Of a DNA stretch of 30,476 bases, positions 1-8,785 are shown piece after piece. The stretch covers positions 1 through 30,476 of the IMG/VR virus record IMGVR_UViG_3300030330_001233; one strand, given 5' to 3'. Position 1 is the first letter of the stretch. Each line of letters begins with the position of its first letter. Both the position numbers and the translations under genes were made by a program. The notes beneath the pieces were generated by a model, which had not been told where the DNA came from, did no database searches, and saw only the letters and a list, made by a program, of their open reading frames with translations. This stretch comes from a virus. Its lineage: Duplodnaviria > Caudoviricetes.

Positions 1-557
1 TGGAAGACTCTCCGGCAAATACTTTTTTCCTTGAATATATAGCAAGGCCACAAACAGCTGAAATATTTTTTGAAGATGTTTTAATGGCATTAGTATTTTA
101 TGGCATGCCATTGCTTGCGGAAAATAATAAACCAAGATTGCTGTACTATTTAAGAAGAAGAGGTTATAGAGCATTTAGTATGAACAGGCCAGATAAAGTT
201 TGGAATAAGCTGTCAACTACAGAAAAAGAAGTAGGTGGTATACCAAACTCTAGTGAAGATATAAAACAAGCCCATGCCGCTGCTATTGAAATGTACATTA
301 ACGACCATGTTGGTTTATTGAAAGACGGAACTTACGGTACTATGTATTTTAATAATACATTGAACGACTGGTCTAAGTTTGATATTAATAGACGAACAAG
401 ACACGATGCATCAATAAGCTCTGGTCTAGCAGTTATGGCTTGCAATAGACATTTATACCGACCTAATCCAAAACAAAAAAGAGAACCGTTAAATTTAACT
501 ATATCAAAATACAATAATACTGGATTTTCATCTAAGATAATTAATAATAAAATATGA
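1..557 (+). CDS. terL: Terminase large subunit, C-terminal nuclease region (partial, begins before the window)
   Basis: The frame of ORF 84..557 is open from position 3 (EDSPANTFFLEYIARPQTAEIFFEDVLM...). It has an 'LAENNK' acidic motif and a C-terminal 'RHDASISSGLAVMA' (HD...-type RNase H-like nuclease end), and lies directly upstream of the portal with an ATGA overlap. Confidence 0.8.
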   Translation, partial: EDSPANTFFLEYIARPQTAEIFFEDVLMALVFYGMPLLAENNKPRLLYYLRRRGYRAFSMNRPDKVWNKLSTTEKEVGGIPNSSEDIKQAHAAAIEMYINDHVGLLKDGTYGTMYFNNTLNDWSKFDINRRTRHDASISSGLAVMACNRHLYRPNPKQKREPLNLTISKYNNTGFSSKIINNKI

Positions 558-2944
558 GACAAGAACACTCTATACATTTTCCATCACAAGCCGTTAGCGA
601 TTTAGAAAAATTAAGCGAAGAGTATGGTTTGAAAGTAGCGAGAGCTATAAGGCATGAATGGTTTTCAGGAACTACATCTAAATATAACAGCCATAAATAT
701 AACTTTCATACGCTAAGATTATACGCTAGAGGAGAACAGCCAATACAAAAATATAAAAACGAATTATCTATTAACGGTGATTTATCATATCTTAATTTAG
801 ACTGGAAGCCAGTACCAGTTGTACCTAAGTTTGTAGATATAGTTGTTAATGGCATGGCTCAAAGAAATTATGAAATAAATTGTTTTTCGCAAGATGAATA
901 TGGAGTTCAAAAAAGAACTGAATATATGGAGTCTATAATTAGAGACATGGAATCTAAACAATTTAATGATGTGGCTAAAGAACAGTTTGGCGTTGATTTA
1001 TATGAAAATGATCCTGAAACTTTACCTCAAAATCAAGAAGAATTACAACTTCATATGCAGCTAGATTATAAACAAGCTGTTGAGTTAGCTGAAGAACAAG
1101 CGTTAGGCGTTTTGTTAGAAGGCAGCGATTATGATTTAGTTAGAAGAAGATGTTTATACGATTTAACTGTTATAGGTATTGGTGCTACAAAAACTACCTT
1201 TGATTATAGTAGTGGTGCAAAAGCTGAATATGTAGACCCAGCTGATTTAGTTTATTCCCATACTGAATCACCTTATTTTGAAGATATATATTATGTAGGT
1301 GAAGTAAAAGAGTTACCTATAAATGAATTAGTAAAAGAGTTTCCAGATTTAACAGAAGAAGAAATAAAAGAACTATTAGATAAATACGCATATCCAATAG
1401 ATTATGTTTCTAATAGAGATAAAAACAAAGTTCAAGTGCTATACTTTAATTACAAAACGCACATGAACAATGTTTATAAACTAAAAACTACAGGTAGTGG
1501 TGCTGAAAAAGTAATTGAAAAAGATGAATCATTTAATCCACCTGAGGACAAGACTGGAGATTTTGAAAAGTTAGAAAGAGTAGTTGAAACTTTGTATGAA
1601 GGCGTTTATATACTGGGTGCTGATAGATTACTAAAATGGAGAATGTGTCCTAATATGATGAGAACTGACTCTGATTTTAGTAGAGTAAAAATGAATTATC
1701 AAATAGTAGCACCTAGAATGTATCAAGGAAGAATAGAAAGTTTAGTTAGTAGAATAACTAGTTTTGCTGATATGATACAGTTAACTCATTTAAAGCTGCA
1801 ACAAGTTATGGCGCGTATGGTGCCAGATGGTGTTTACTTAGATGCCGATGGTTTAGCCGAAATAGATTTAGGTAATGGAACAAACTATAATCCGCAAGAA
1901 GCTTTAAATATGTTTTTCCAAACTGGTTCTGTTATTGGTAGAAGCTTTACATCTGAAGGCGATCCTAATCCTGGCAAAGTACCAATACAACAAATAAGTA
2001 ATGGCATTAATGGTGGTAAATTACAAAGTTTAATTACTACGTACAACTATTATATGCAAATGATTCGTGACGTAACAGGATTAAACGAGGCTAGAGATGG
2101 TAGCACTCCAGATAAAAACGCTTTAGTTGGTGTACAAAAGCTAGCAGCTGCTAATTCAAATACGGCTACTAGACACGTACTTCAATCAATGTTATTTTTA
2201 ACAGCTGAGATTGCTGAGTGCTTATCGTTAAGAATATCTGATATTATAGAATATTCACCAACAAAAGAAGCTTTTATAAGAGCGCTAGGTTCTCATAATG
2301 TAGCAACATTAGATGAAATGAAAAACTTACATCTGTATGATTTTGGTATATTTATAGAGCTAATGCCAGATGAAGAAGAAAAAGCTATGTTAGAAAATAA
2401 CATACAAGTTTCTTTATCACAAAAGTTAATTGATTTAGATGACGCTATTGATTTACGTAACGTTAGAAACGTAAAGCTAGCTAATCAGTTATTAAAAATA
2501 AAACGTAAAGCAAAAGCGCAAAGAGATCAACAGGCTCAACAATCAAATATGCAAGCTCAAGCTAGCGCTAATGCTCAAGCTCAACAAGCGGCTGCTCAAG
2601 CGGAGATACAAAAAAATAATGCTAAAGTCCAAGCTGAAACTCAATTAGAACAAACTAAAAATCAATTGCAAATTAATTATTTACAAAAAGAAGTTGAGTC
2701 TAAAAAACAATTAATGCAATTTGAGTTTGATTTAAATGCTAAATTAGAATCAATGCGTAGTAGCTCAAATGACGAAAAAGAAAATAAAAAAGAAGATAGA
2801 AAAGACGCAAGAGTTGATAGGCAAGCTCAACATCAAATGAATATGATAGATAAAAGAAAGCAGGGTGATTCGCTTAATAAATTTGAATCATCAGGTAATG
2901 ATATACTTAGCGGAGGTGCAAACATGGAAAAGTTTGGTCTCTAA
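554..2944 (+). CDS. Portal protein
   Basis: 796 aa, between terminase and scaffold/MCP. Portal-like segments 'PVVPKFVDIVVNGM' and 'MIRDVTGLNEARDG...ALVG'. Long Q/A-rich C-terminal coiled coil resembling the barrel of P22-type and crAss-type portals. Confidence 0.85.
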   Translation: MRQEHSIHFPSQAVSDLEKLSEEYGLKVARAIRHEWFSGTTSKYNSHKYNFHTLRLYARGEQPIQKYKNELSINGDLSYLNLDWKPVPVVPKFVDIVVNGMAQRNYEINCFSQDEYGVQKRTEYMESIIRDMESKQFNDVAKEQFGVDLYENDPETLPQNQEELQLHMQLDYKQAVELAEEQALGVLLEGSDYDLVRRRCLYDLTVIGIGATKTTFDYSSGAKAEYVDPADLVYSHTESPYFEDIYYVGEVKELPINELVKEFPDLTEEEIKELLDKYAYPIDYVSNRDKNKVQVLYFNYKTHMNNVYKLKTTGSGAEKVIEKDESFNPPEDKTGDFEKLERVVETLYEGVYILGADRLLKWRMCPNMMRTDSDFSRVKMNYQIVAPRMYQGRIESLVSRITSFADMIQLTHLKLQQVMARMVPDGVYLDADGLAEIDLGNGTNYNPQEALNMFFQTGSVIGRSFTSEGDPNPGKVPIQQISNGINGGKLQSLITTYNYYMQMIRDVTGLNEARDGSTPDKNALVGVQKLAAANSNTATRHVLQSMLFLTAEIAECLSLRISDIIEYSPTKEAFIRALGSHNVATLDEMKNLHLYDFGIFIELMPDEEEKAMLENNIQVSLSQKLIDLDDAIDLRNVRNVKLANQLLKIKRKAKAQRDQQAQQSNMQAQASANAQAQQAAAQAEIQKNNAKVQAETQLEQTKNQLQINYLQKEVESKKQLMQFEFDLNAKLESMRSSSNDEKENKKEDRKDARVDRQAQHQMNMIDKRKQGDSLNKFESSGNDILSGGANMEKFGL

Positions 2945-2971
2945 ATTTTTAATATTTTATAAAATTTTATT

Positions 2972-4129
2972 ATGACAGAAGAAATTAAAAAAGAGTTTAC
3001 CGAAGAGGTAACTCAAAACGAAAACGAACAACCTTTAGAAGAAGCTATAGAAGAGGCTATAGATGAATCTAAATTCGATAGCGCTGAAGACCCTACAGTA
3101 TTTAAAGTAGACTTAGACAAAAAGCCTGTTGAGAAAAAAGAAGAGGTTGTTGAAGAACAAAAAGAAAACGTAGAAGAAGTTGTAGAAGAAGTAATTGATC
3201 AGCCAATTATGGAAGAAGTTACTGAAGAAGAAAAAGTTGAAGAAGTTCAAGAAGCAGTTGAAGAAGCGGTTGAAGAATCTGTATCTACAGGAAAGCCGTT
3301 ACCAGAAAACATACAAAAGCTTGTTGACTTTATAGAAGATACTGGAGGTAATATACAAGATTACGTGAATTTAAATAGAGATATTTCTAAGCTAGATGAC
3401 TCTGATGTGCTAGACGAGTATTATAAAACTACTAAATCACATCTGTCAGCAGAAGAAAGAAATTTTTTATTAGAAGATACGTTTGGTGTTGATGAAGAAG
3501 TTGATGATGAAAAAACAATACGTAAAAAGAAAATAGCCCTCAAAGAGCAAGTTGCCGAGGCTAGAGCCTACTTAGACAGGCAAAAGTCTAAATATTATGA
3601 AGAAATTAAAGCTGGAAGCAAGCTTACAGACGAGCAGCAAAAAGCTATTAATTTTTTTAATGAATCTGAAAGATTAAAAGAAGAAGGTAAAAAAAGCAAA
3701 AGAACATTTTTAAATAAAACAGATAGTTTCTTTGGACAAAATTTCAAAGGTTTTGAATATAATGTTGGAGATAAAAAATATAGGTTTAATGTTAAAGATG
3801 TTAATAAAGTGAAAGAAGCTCAAAGTGATATTAATAACTTTATTAATAAGTTTAGTAATAAAGAAAAAACAAATATTGAAGATACTGCTGGTTATCATAA
3901 ATCTTTATTCACAGCTATGAACGCTGATGCTATTGCTAAACATTTTTATGAACAAGGTAAAGCAGATGCTATTAAAGACACTGTTGCTAAAGGTAAAAAT
4001 ATTGATTTAAATCCTAGAAAAACACACGGCGAAACTAATGTTGGTGGCGTAAAGTATAGAGTATTAGGTCAATCTTCTTCTGATATGAAAAACAGATCGT
4101 TTAAAATTAGAAGTAACAAAAAAAATTAA
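2972..4129 (+). CDS. Putative capsid scaffolding protein
   Basis: 385 aa with a very acidic N-terminal half (EEV-rich), a helical C-terminal half and a basic tail. Sits between portal and MCP. Confidence 0.65.
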   Translation: MTEEIKKEFTEEVTQNENEQPLEEAIEEAIDESKFDSAEDPTVFKVDLDKKPVEKKEEVVEEQKENVEEVVEEVIDQPIMEEVTEEEKVEEVQEAVEEAVEESVSTGKPLPENIQKLVDFIEDTGGNIQDYVNLNRDISKLDDSDVLDEYYKTTKSHLSAEERNFLLEDTFGVDEEVDDEKTIRKKKIALKEQVAEARAYLDRQKSKYYEEIKAGSKLTDEQQKAINFFNESERLKEEGKKSKRTFLNKTDSFFGQNFKGFEYNVGDKKYRFNVKDVNKVKEAQSDINNFINKFSNKEKTNIEDTAGYHKSLFTAMNADAIAKHFYEQGKADAIKDTVAKGKNIDLNPRKTHGETNVGGVKYRVLGQSSSDMKNRSFKIRSNKKN

Positions 4130-4149
4130 CTTAATAAAAATTTATAATT

Positions 4150-5655
4150 ATGGCAATAACTGCAGGACAAAATTTAAATAGTGTTCCAGCGCCAACTAAG
4201 GCAACTTTGGAAAATAACTATTTAGATTTAGCGTCAGAAGCTGGGAAAGGCTGGGCGCAACAATATGTACCTGACTTGATGGAAAAAGAAGCTGAAGTGT
4301 TCGGACCAAGAACTATTTCAGGTTTTTTAGCTCAAGTAGGTGCAGAAGAATCTATGACTGCTGATCAAGTTGTTTGGTCAGAACAAGGTAGATTACATTT
4401 ATCATACAAAGGACACATTGCTAATGCAACTCAACAAACTGGTAACAGTAACGAAGAGGGTGGTACTTTTGAAATAGACACTGATATTGATGGTAACGCT
4501 GTTGACACAAGTTCTATTGATCACGGTGTTAGAGTTAACGATATGGTTTTAGTAGCTGATTCAAGCGCAACCGCACAAGGTATCGTTACCGCTGTTGCAA
4601 ATGATCAAATTAGTATAGCTTTATATGATGCTGGTAATACAACAGCTACTTTTGATAATGCTGGTTTAGCTGCTGGATCTGGTGATTCTGCTACTTTATT
4701 AGTTTATGGATCTGAATTTAAAAAAGGTGATGACTATAATGGCAATCCTTCAAGAACTGCTAACGAACCTCAGTTTCAATCTTTTCAAAACAAACCAATT
4801 ATTATGAAAGATTACTACGAAGTATCTGGATCAGACGCTTCTAGAATTGGTTGGGTTGAAATTTCATCTGAGCAAGGGCAATCAGGTTATCTATGGTATT
4901 TAAAAGCTGAAGCTGATACAAGAGCTAGATTTAATGATTACATTGAAATGGCTATGCTTGAGTCTAAGAAAACCGTAGCTGCTAACTCTAAAGTAGATGC
5001 ATTTTTAGGAACTGACGGTACTACATTAACTGGTACTGAAGGTTTATTTGCTGCTATTGAAGACAGAGGTAACATTACTACTGGTGTAACTGGTGTTAAT
5101 GCTGCTACTGATTTAGCAGAGTTTGATGCTATTTTAGCTGAGTTTGACAAGCAAGGTGCTATTGAAGAATACATGATGTTTATTAACAGAGCTACTAGTT
5201 TAGCTATTGATGATATGCTTGCTTCAATGAACTCTTACGGAGCTGGAGGTACTTCTTACGGAGTATTTGACAATGACGAAGATATGGCATTAAATTTAGG
5301 TTTTTCAGGATTTAGAAGAGGTTCTTATGACTTTTACAAATCTGACTTTAGATACTTAAATGACAAAGCTACAAGAGGTGGAATTAACACTAGAGATACG
5401 GTTAACGCTATTAGAGGTGTTATGATTCCAGCTGGTGTTTCAACTGTTTATGACCAACAAATGGGTAAAAACATGAAGAGACCTTTCTTACACGTAAGAT
5501 TTAGATCTTCAGGAACTGACGACCGAAGAATGAAAACTTGGGTTACTGGTTCTGTTGGAGCTGCTACGTCTGCATTAGATGCAATGCAACTTCACTTTTT
5601 AACTGAAAGATGTTTAGTGGTACAAGGCGCTAACAACTTTATGTTAATGAAGTAA
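4150..5655 (+). CDS. Major capsid protein
   Basis: 501 aa following the scaffold. Motifs 'VVWSEQGRLH', 'NKPIIMKDYYEVSGSD', 'GTEGLFAAIEDRGN' and 'HFLTERCLVVQGANNF'. Codon choice typical of a highly expressed gene (many AAC/TAC/GAC), and followed by a strong intrinsic terminator. Confidence 0.85.
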   Translation: MAITAGQNLNSVPAPTKATLENNYLDLASEAGKGWAQQYVPDLMEKEAEVFGPRTISGFLAQVGAEESMTADQVVWSEQGRLHLSYKGHIANATQQTGNSNEEGGTFEIDTDIDGNAVDTSSIDHGVRVNDMVLVADSSATAQGIVTAVANDQISIALYDAGNTTATFDNAGLAAGSGDSATLLVYGSEFKKGDDYNGNPSRTANEPQFQSFQNKPIIMKDYYEVSGSDASRIGWVEISSEQGQSGYLWYLKAEADTRARFNDYIEMAMLESKKTVAANSKVDAFLGTDGTTLTGTEGLFAAIEDRGNITTGVTGVNAATDLAEFDAILAEFDKQGAIEEYMMFINRATSLAIDDMLASMNSYGAGGTSYGVFDNDEDMALNLGFSGFRRGSYDFYKSDFRYLNDKATRGGINTRDTVNAIRGVMIPAGVSTVYDQQMGKNMKRPFLHVRFRSSGTDDRRMKTWVTGSVGAATSALDAMQLHFLTERCLVVQGANNFMLMK

Positions 5656-5666
5656 GAATATTTATT

Positions 5667-5701
5667 TATAAGGGCGGTCTAGCATCGCCCTTATATTTTT
5701 A
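5667..5701 (+). terminator. Intrinsic terminator after MCP
   Basis: TATAAGGGCG (5667-5676) pairs with CGCCCTTATA (5686-5695), followed by TTTTTT. Confidence 0.85.
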
Positions 5702-5724
5702 TTAATTATATTATATATTATATT

Positions 5725-6555
5725 ATGGCAAAGAAAAAAGAAACAGCTAAGGTTGAAGAACCTATAGTTGAAAAAAAAGTTGTTATTGAGCAACCTAAGG
5801 TTCAAGCTCCTGAAATAAAAGCTAAACCAAAAAACACTTGGGAAATAAAAGATAGAGTATATTATTTAAAAAATAATAGAAAGCCTCTTTCTTATATGTT
5901 AAAATCAGCTGGTATATTTTACTTTGATGAAAACCAAGGATTTGAAAGAGAGTTAAAATATTGTGAAAATCAAAGAACTTGCTTTGTTGATGAAATGAAA
6001 GGTGATCATAGACTGTCACATATTGTTTTTAGAAACGGAGCGTTGTTTGTACCTAGAAATAAAACAGTTTTACAAAAAATGCTTTCACTATACCATCCTC
6101 ATAAAGGCAAAATTTATTTTGAGTGGAAGCCTGTTAAAGTTGCAGAAAATCAAATTGAAATATTAGAAATGGAAGCTGACGCAATATTAATGGCTAGACA
6201 AATAGACATTGATTTAGCTGAAGCTATAATGAGAGTAGAAAAAGGATCTGAGGTATCTAAAATGAGTTCTAAAGAACTTAAACGAGATTTATTATTATTT
6301 GCTAGAAATAATCCTAGACTATTTTTAGAATTAGCAAATGACGATAATGTTCAACTTAGAAACTTTGGTATAAAAGCAGTTGAATCAGGAATAATAAGTT
6401 TATCTGGTGATCAAAGATATTTCATGTGGTCATCTAATAACAGAAAAATTATGACTGTACCGTTTGATGAGCATCCATATACAGCTTTGGCCCACTGGTT
6501 TAAAACTGATGAAGGTATGGAAATATATCAAAACATAGAAAGAAGGTTAATGTAA
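5725..6555 (+). CDS. Conserved hypothetical head-module protein
   Basis: 276 aa ORF with a K/E/P-rich N-terminus and globular C-terminus, flanked by two terminators immediately after MCP. Function not identifiable. Confidence 0.6.
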   Translation: MAKKKETAKVEEPIVEKKVVIEQPKVQAPEIKAKPKNTWEIKDRVYYLKNNRKPLSYMLKSAGIFYFDENQGFERELKYCENQRTCFVDEMKGDHRLSHIVFRNGALFVPRNKTVLQKMLSLYHPHKGKIYFEWKPVKVAENQIEILEMEADAILMARQIDIDLAEAIMRVEKGSEVSKMSSKELKRDLLLFARNNPRLFLELANDDNVQLRNFGIKAVESGIISLSGDQRYFMWSSNNRKIMTVPFDEHPYTALAHWFKTDEGMEIYQNIERRLM

Positions 6556-6573
6556 AAATAATTAACTAACATT

Positions 6574-6606
6574 AATAGCCACCTTAACGGGTGGCTATTT
6601 TTATTT
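6574..6606 (+). terminator. Intrinsic terminator
   Basis: AATAGCCACC (6574-6583) pairs with GGTGGCTATT (6590-6599), followed by TTTATTT. Confidence 0.85.
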
Positions 6607-6630
6607 AGAGGCTAACCTTCCGCTTTATTA

Positions 6631-6651
6631 TGTAACTATATAATAGTAAAA
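6631..6651 (+). promoter_or_regulatory. Repeated intergenic motif, copy 1 (candidate phage late promoter)
   Basis: TGTAACTATATAATAGTAAAA, matching 16560-16580 at 20/21 positions. Starts 30 nt upstream of ATG 6661, just after a terminator. Confidence 0.6.
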
Positions 6652-6660
6652 TAAGTAACA

Positions 6661-7365
6661 ATGGCAGTAAATATAAACAGTGTATATCAAAAGGTTTTAG
6701 CTATATCTAATAAAGAACAAAGAGGTTATATAACACCACAAGAATTTAATTTATTAGCAGATAGAGCTCAAAATGAAATATATGAAAATTATTTTCATCA
6801 AGCAAGAAACTCAAATGCTAAAATAAAAGACGATGATACACATACAGACACTTTGGAAATGTTAGAAGCTAAACTAGCTCCTTTTTTAAAATCAGAAACA
6901 ACTGCTAGTATTGCTAGTGGTGTGCTATTACTTCCAACAGATTTATATAAATTAGATATTGTAAAAGTAGGAACTAATCTTGCTACAGAAGTAAATAAAA
7001 AAGAAGAACATTATATTACTTCTCTTGGCGAAACTGGCTCGGTGCTATATCCTAAAACAACAAGACCTATATTTACTAGAATAGCACCAACAAAAATTAA
7101 AATAACGCCGTCGCCCGTTGACAGCACTAGTTGTACTGTTAATTATTACAAAGAGCCTACAACTCCAAGCTTTGGTTATGTTGTAGTTAATGAAAAAGCT
7201 TTGTATAATTCTAATACTAGTGTTGATTTTGAATTAGCTTCTTCAGAAGAAGAGCAGCTAGTTTCAAGAATATTACTATTATCTGGAACTATAATTAAAC
7301 AACCTGATATAGCTCAAACAGGTGCAGCTTTTTTACAACAAAAAAATCAAGAACAAAATAGTTAA
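6661..7365 (+). CDS. Putative tail ring / head-tail adaptor protein
   Basis: 234 aa with N-terminal 'NKEQRGYITPQEFNLLADRAQ' and C-terminal 'VNYYKEP...DFEL' pattern. First gene of the tail module. Confidence 0.6.
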   Translation: MAVNINSVYQKVLAISNKEQRGYITPQEFNLLADRAQNEIYENYFHQARNSNAKIKDDDTHTDTLEMLEAKLAPFLKSETTASIASGVLLLPTDLYKLDIVKVGTNLATEVNKKEEHYITSLGETGSVLYPKTTRPIFTRIAPTKIKITPSPVDSTSCTVNYYKEPTTPSFGYVVVNEKALYNSNTSVDFELASSEEEQLVSRILLLSGTIIKQPDIAQTGAAFLQQKNQEQNS

Positions 7366-7367
7366 TT

Positions 7368-8783
7368 ATGGGATTACTAGGATCAACAACTCAAGCCGCA
7401 TATTATCAAGGTAGCGATTTTGGCACGTATCAATTCGTAAACCTTGATAGTATTATAAATAACTTTATGTATATTTATGTAGGTGAAAACAAAATAATAT
7501 CTAAAGTTAATAGAACAGACGTGCAGTTTCACGCTATGAGAGCTTTACAAGAACTTTCATACGATGTATTAAAATCTTTTAAATCCCAAGAAATAGAAGT
7601 ACCTAATACATTAACAATGGTGCTACCACAAGATTATGTTAACTATAGAAAAATAGCAAGAGTTGGTAGTGATGGTATAGAAAGACCTTTATATCCAACT
7701 AGACATACATCAAATCCCTTTGCAATAACTCAAGCAGCTGATGGAACTTATACTACAGATCCTACTAGTCAAAAAAGAAAATACAAAATGAGAGTTCCTG
7801 GCGATGAAGTTGAAGTAAATCCAGATGGCTCTACAGAAACTACATTAGCTGGGGCTAGAATTGCAGACGGAGATTATTTAAGTTTAAATTATTTAGATGA
7901 ATCAGGAGCGCAAGAACGTATGTTTTTTATATTTAATTCTGACGGTGATATTAATGATGGGGCTAATCCTGCAGGTAATTTACCAGGCCCTCGTTTTGAA
8001 GTTGCATACACTACTAGTATGAATAGAGGACAATTATTAAATGCTTTAAAGACAGCTATAGATACTAGTAAAAGATTTACAACAGAAATAGATGGCGTTG
8101 ATCTAGTTGTTACTAATAAATTTGATGGAGGCGTTGATTCACCTTTTTATATTGTGGGAACTGGAAATATAGGATTTTTTTCAGCCTCTCAGGCAATTAC
8201 TGGAGGTTCTAACATAACACTTCCTGCGGTTATGGCTGATGCTAATAGCGCTGATAATAACGAGTACGCTTTTAACGCCGTAACTGGTGGAGATTCATCA
8301 ACATTTAGTTTAGTAGAACAAACGCCTAGCGATACTTTATCTAATTTTCAAGACGCGAATCCTGTTGATTACAACTTGTATGATATTAATTACGCATCAG
8401 ATGTAGAAATATCTGTAGAAGGTAGAAGATATGGATTAGAGCCAGAGCTTTCACAAATGAACGGTAGTTTTTATATAGATAATTTAAGAGGTAAAATACA
8501 TTTTGGTTCTTCATTATCTGGTCAAACAGTAGTATTACATTACGTTAGTGATGGACTTGGTACTGATGAAGAAATGGTAGTACATAAGTTTTGTGAAGAA
8601 GCTTGTTATAAACATATAATGTATGGTGTACTTTCTGGTAGATCTAATATACCTGAGTACATTGTACAAAGATTTAAAAAAGAAAAGTTTGCTGAAACTA
8701 GAAAAGCAAAAATAAGATTATCAAATATTAAAATAGAAGAATTTACTCAAGTAGTAAAAGGTATGGGTAAACAAATTAAATAA
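7368..8783 (+). CDS. Putative tail ring/tubular protein with a central inserted domain
   Basis: 471 aa with 'LPQDYVNY' and 'VVLHYVSDGL...EEACYKHIMY' segments typical of tail tubular/adaptor-type proteins, and a G/T/D/N-rich central segment. Confidence 0.55.
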   Translation: MGLLGSTTQAAYYQGSDFGTYQFVNLDSIINNFMYIYVGENKIISKVNRTDVQFHAMRALQELSYDVLKSFKSQEIEVPNTLTMVLPQDYVNYRKIARVGSDGIERPLYPTRHTSNPFAITQAADGTYTTDPTSQKRKYKMRVPGDEVEVNPDGSTETTLAGARIADGDYLSLNYLDESGAQERMFFIFNSDGDINDGANPAGNLPGPRFEVAYTTSMNRGQLLNALKTAIDTSKRFTTEIDGVDLVVTNKFDGGVDSPFYIVGTGNIGFFSASQAITGGSNITLPAVMADANSADNNEYAFNAVTGGDSSTFSLVEQTPSDTLSNFQDANPVDYNLYDINYASDVEISVEGRRYGLEPELSQMNGSFYIDNLRGKIHFGSSLSGQTVVLHYVSDGLGTDEEMVVHKFCEEACYKHIMYGVLSGRSNIPEYIVQRFKKEKFAETRKAKIRLSNIKIEEFTQVVKGMGKQIK

Positions 8784-8785
8784 TT

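Noticed and set aside
3130-3280. GAAGAAGTT-type repeats in the scaffold gene (and GAA/AAA runs at 28441-28590)
   Set aside because: Explained by Glu/Val- and Glu/Lys-rich low-complexity protein sequence.
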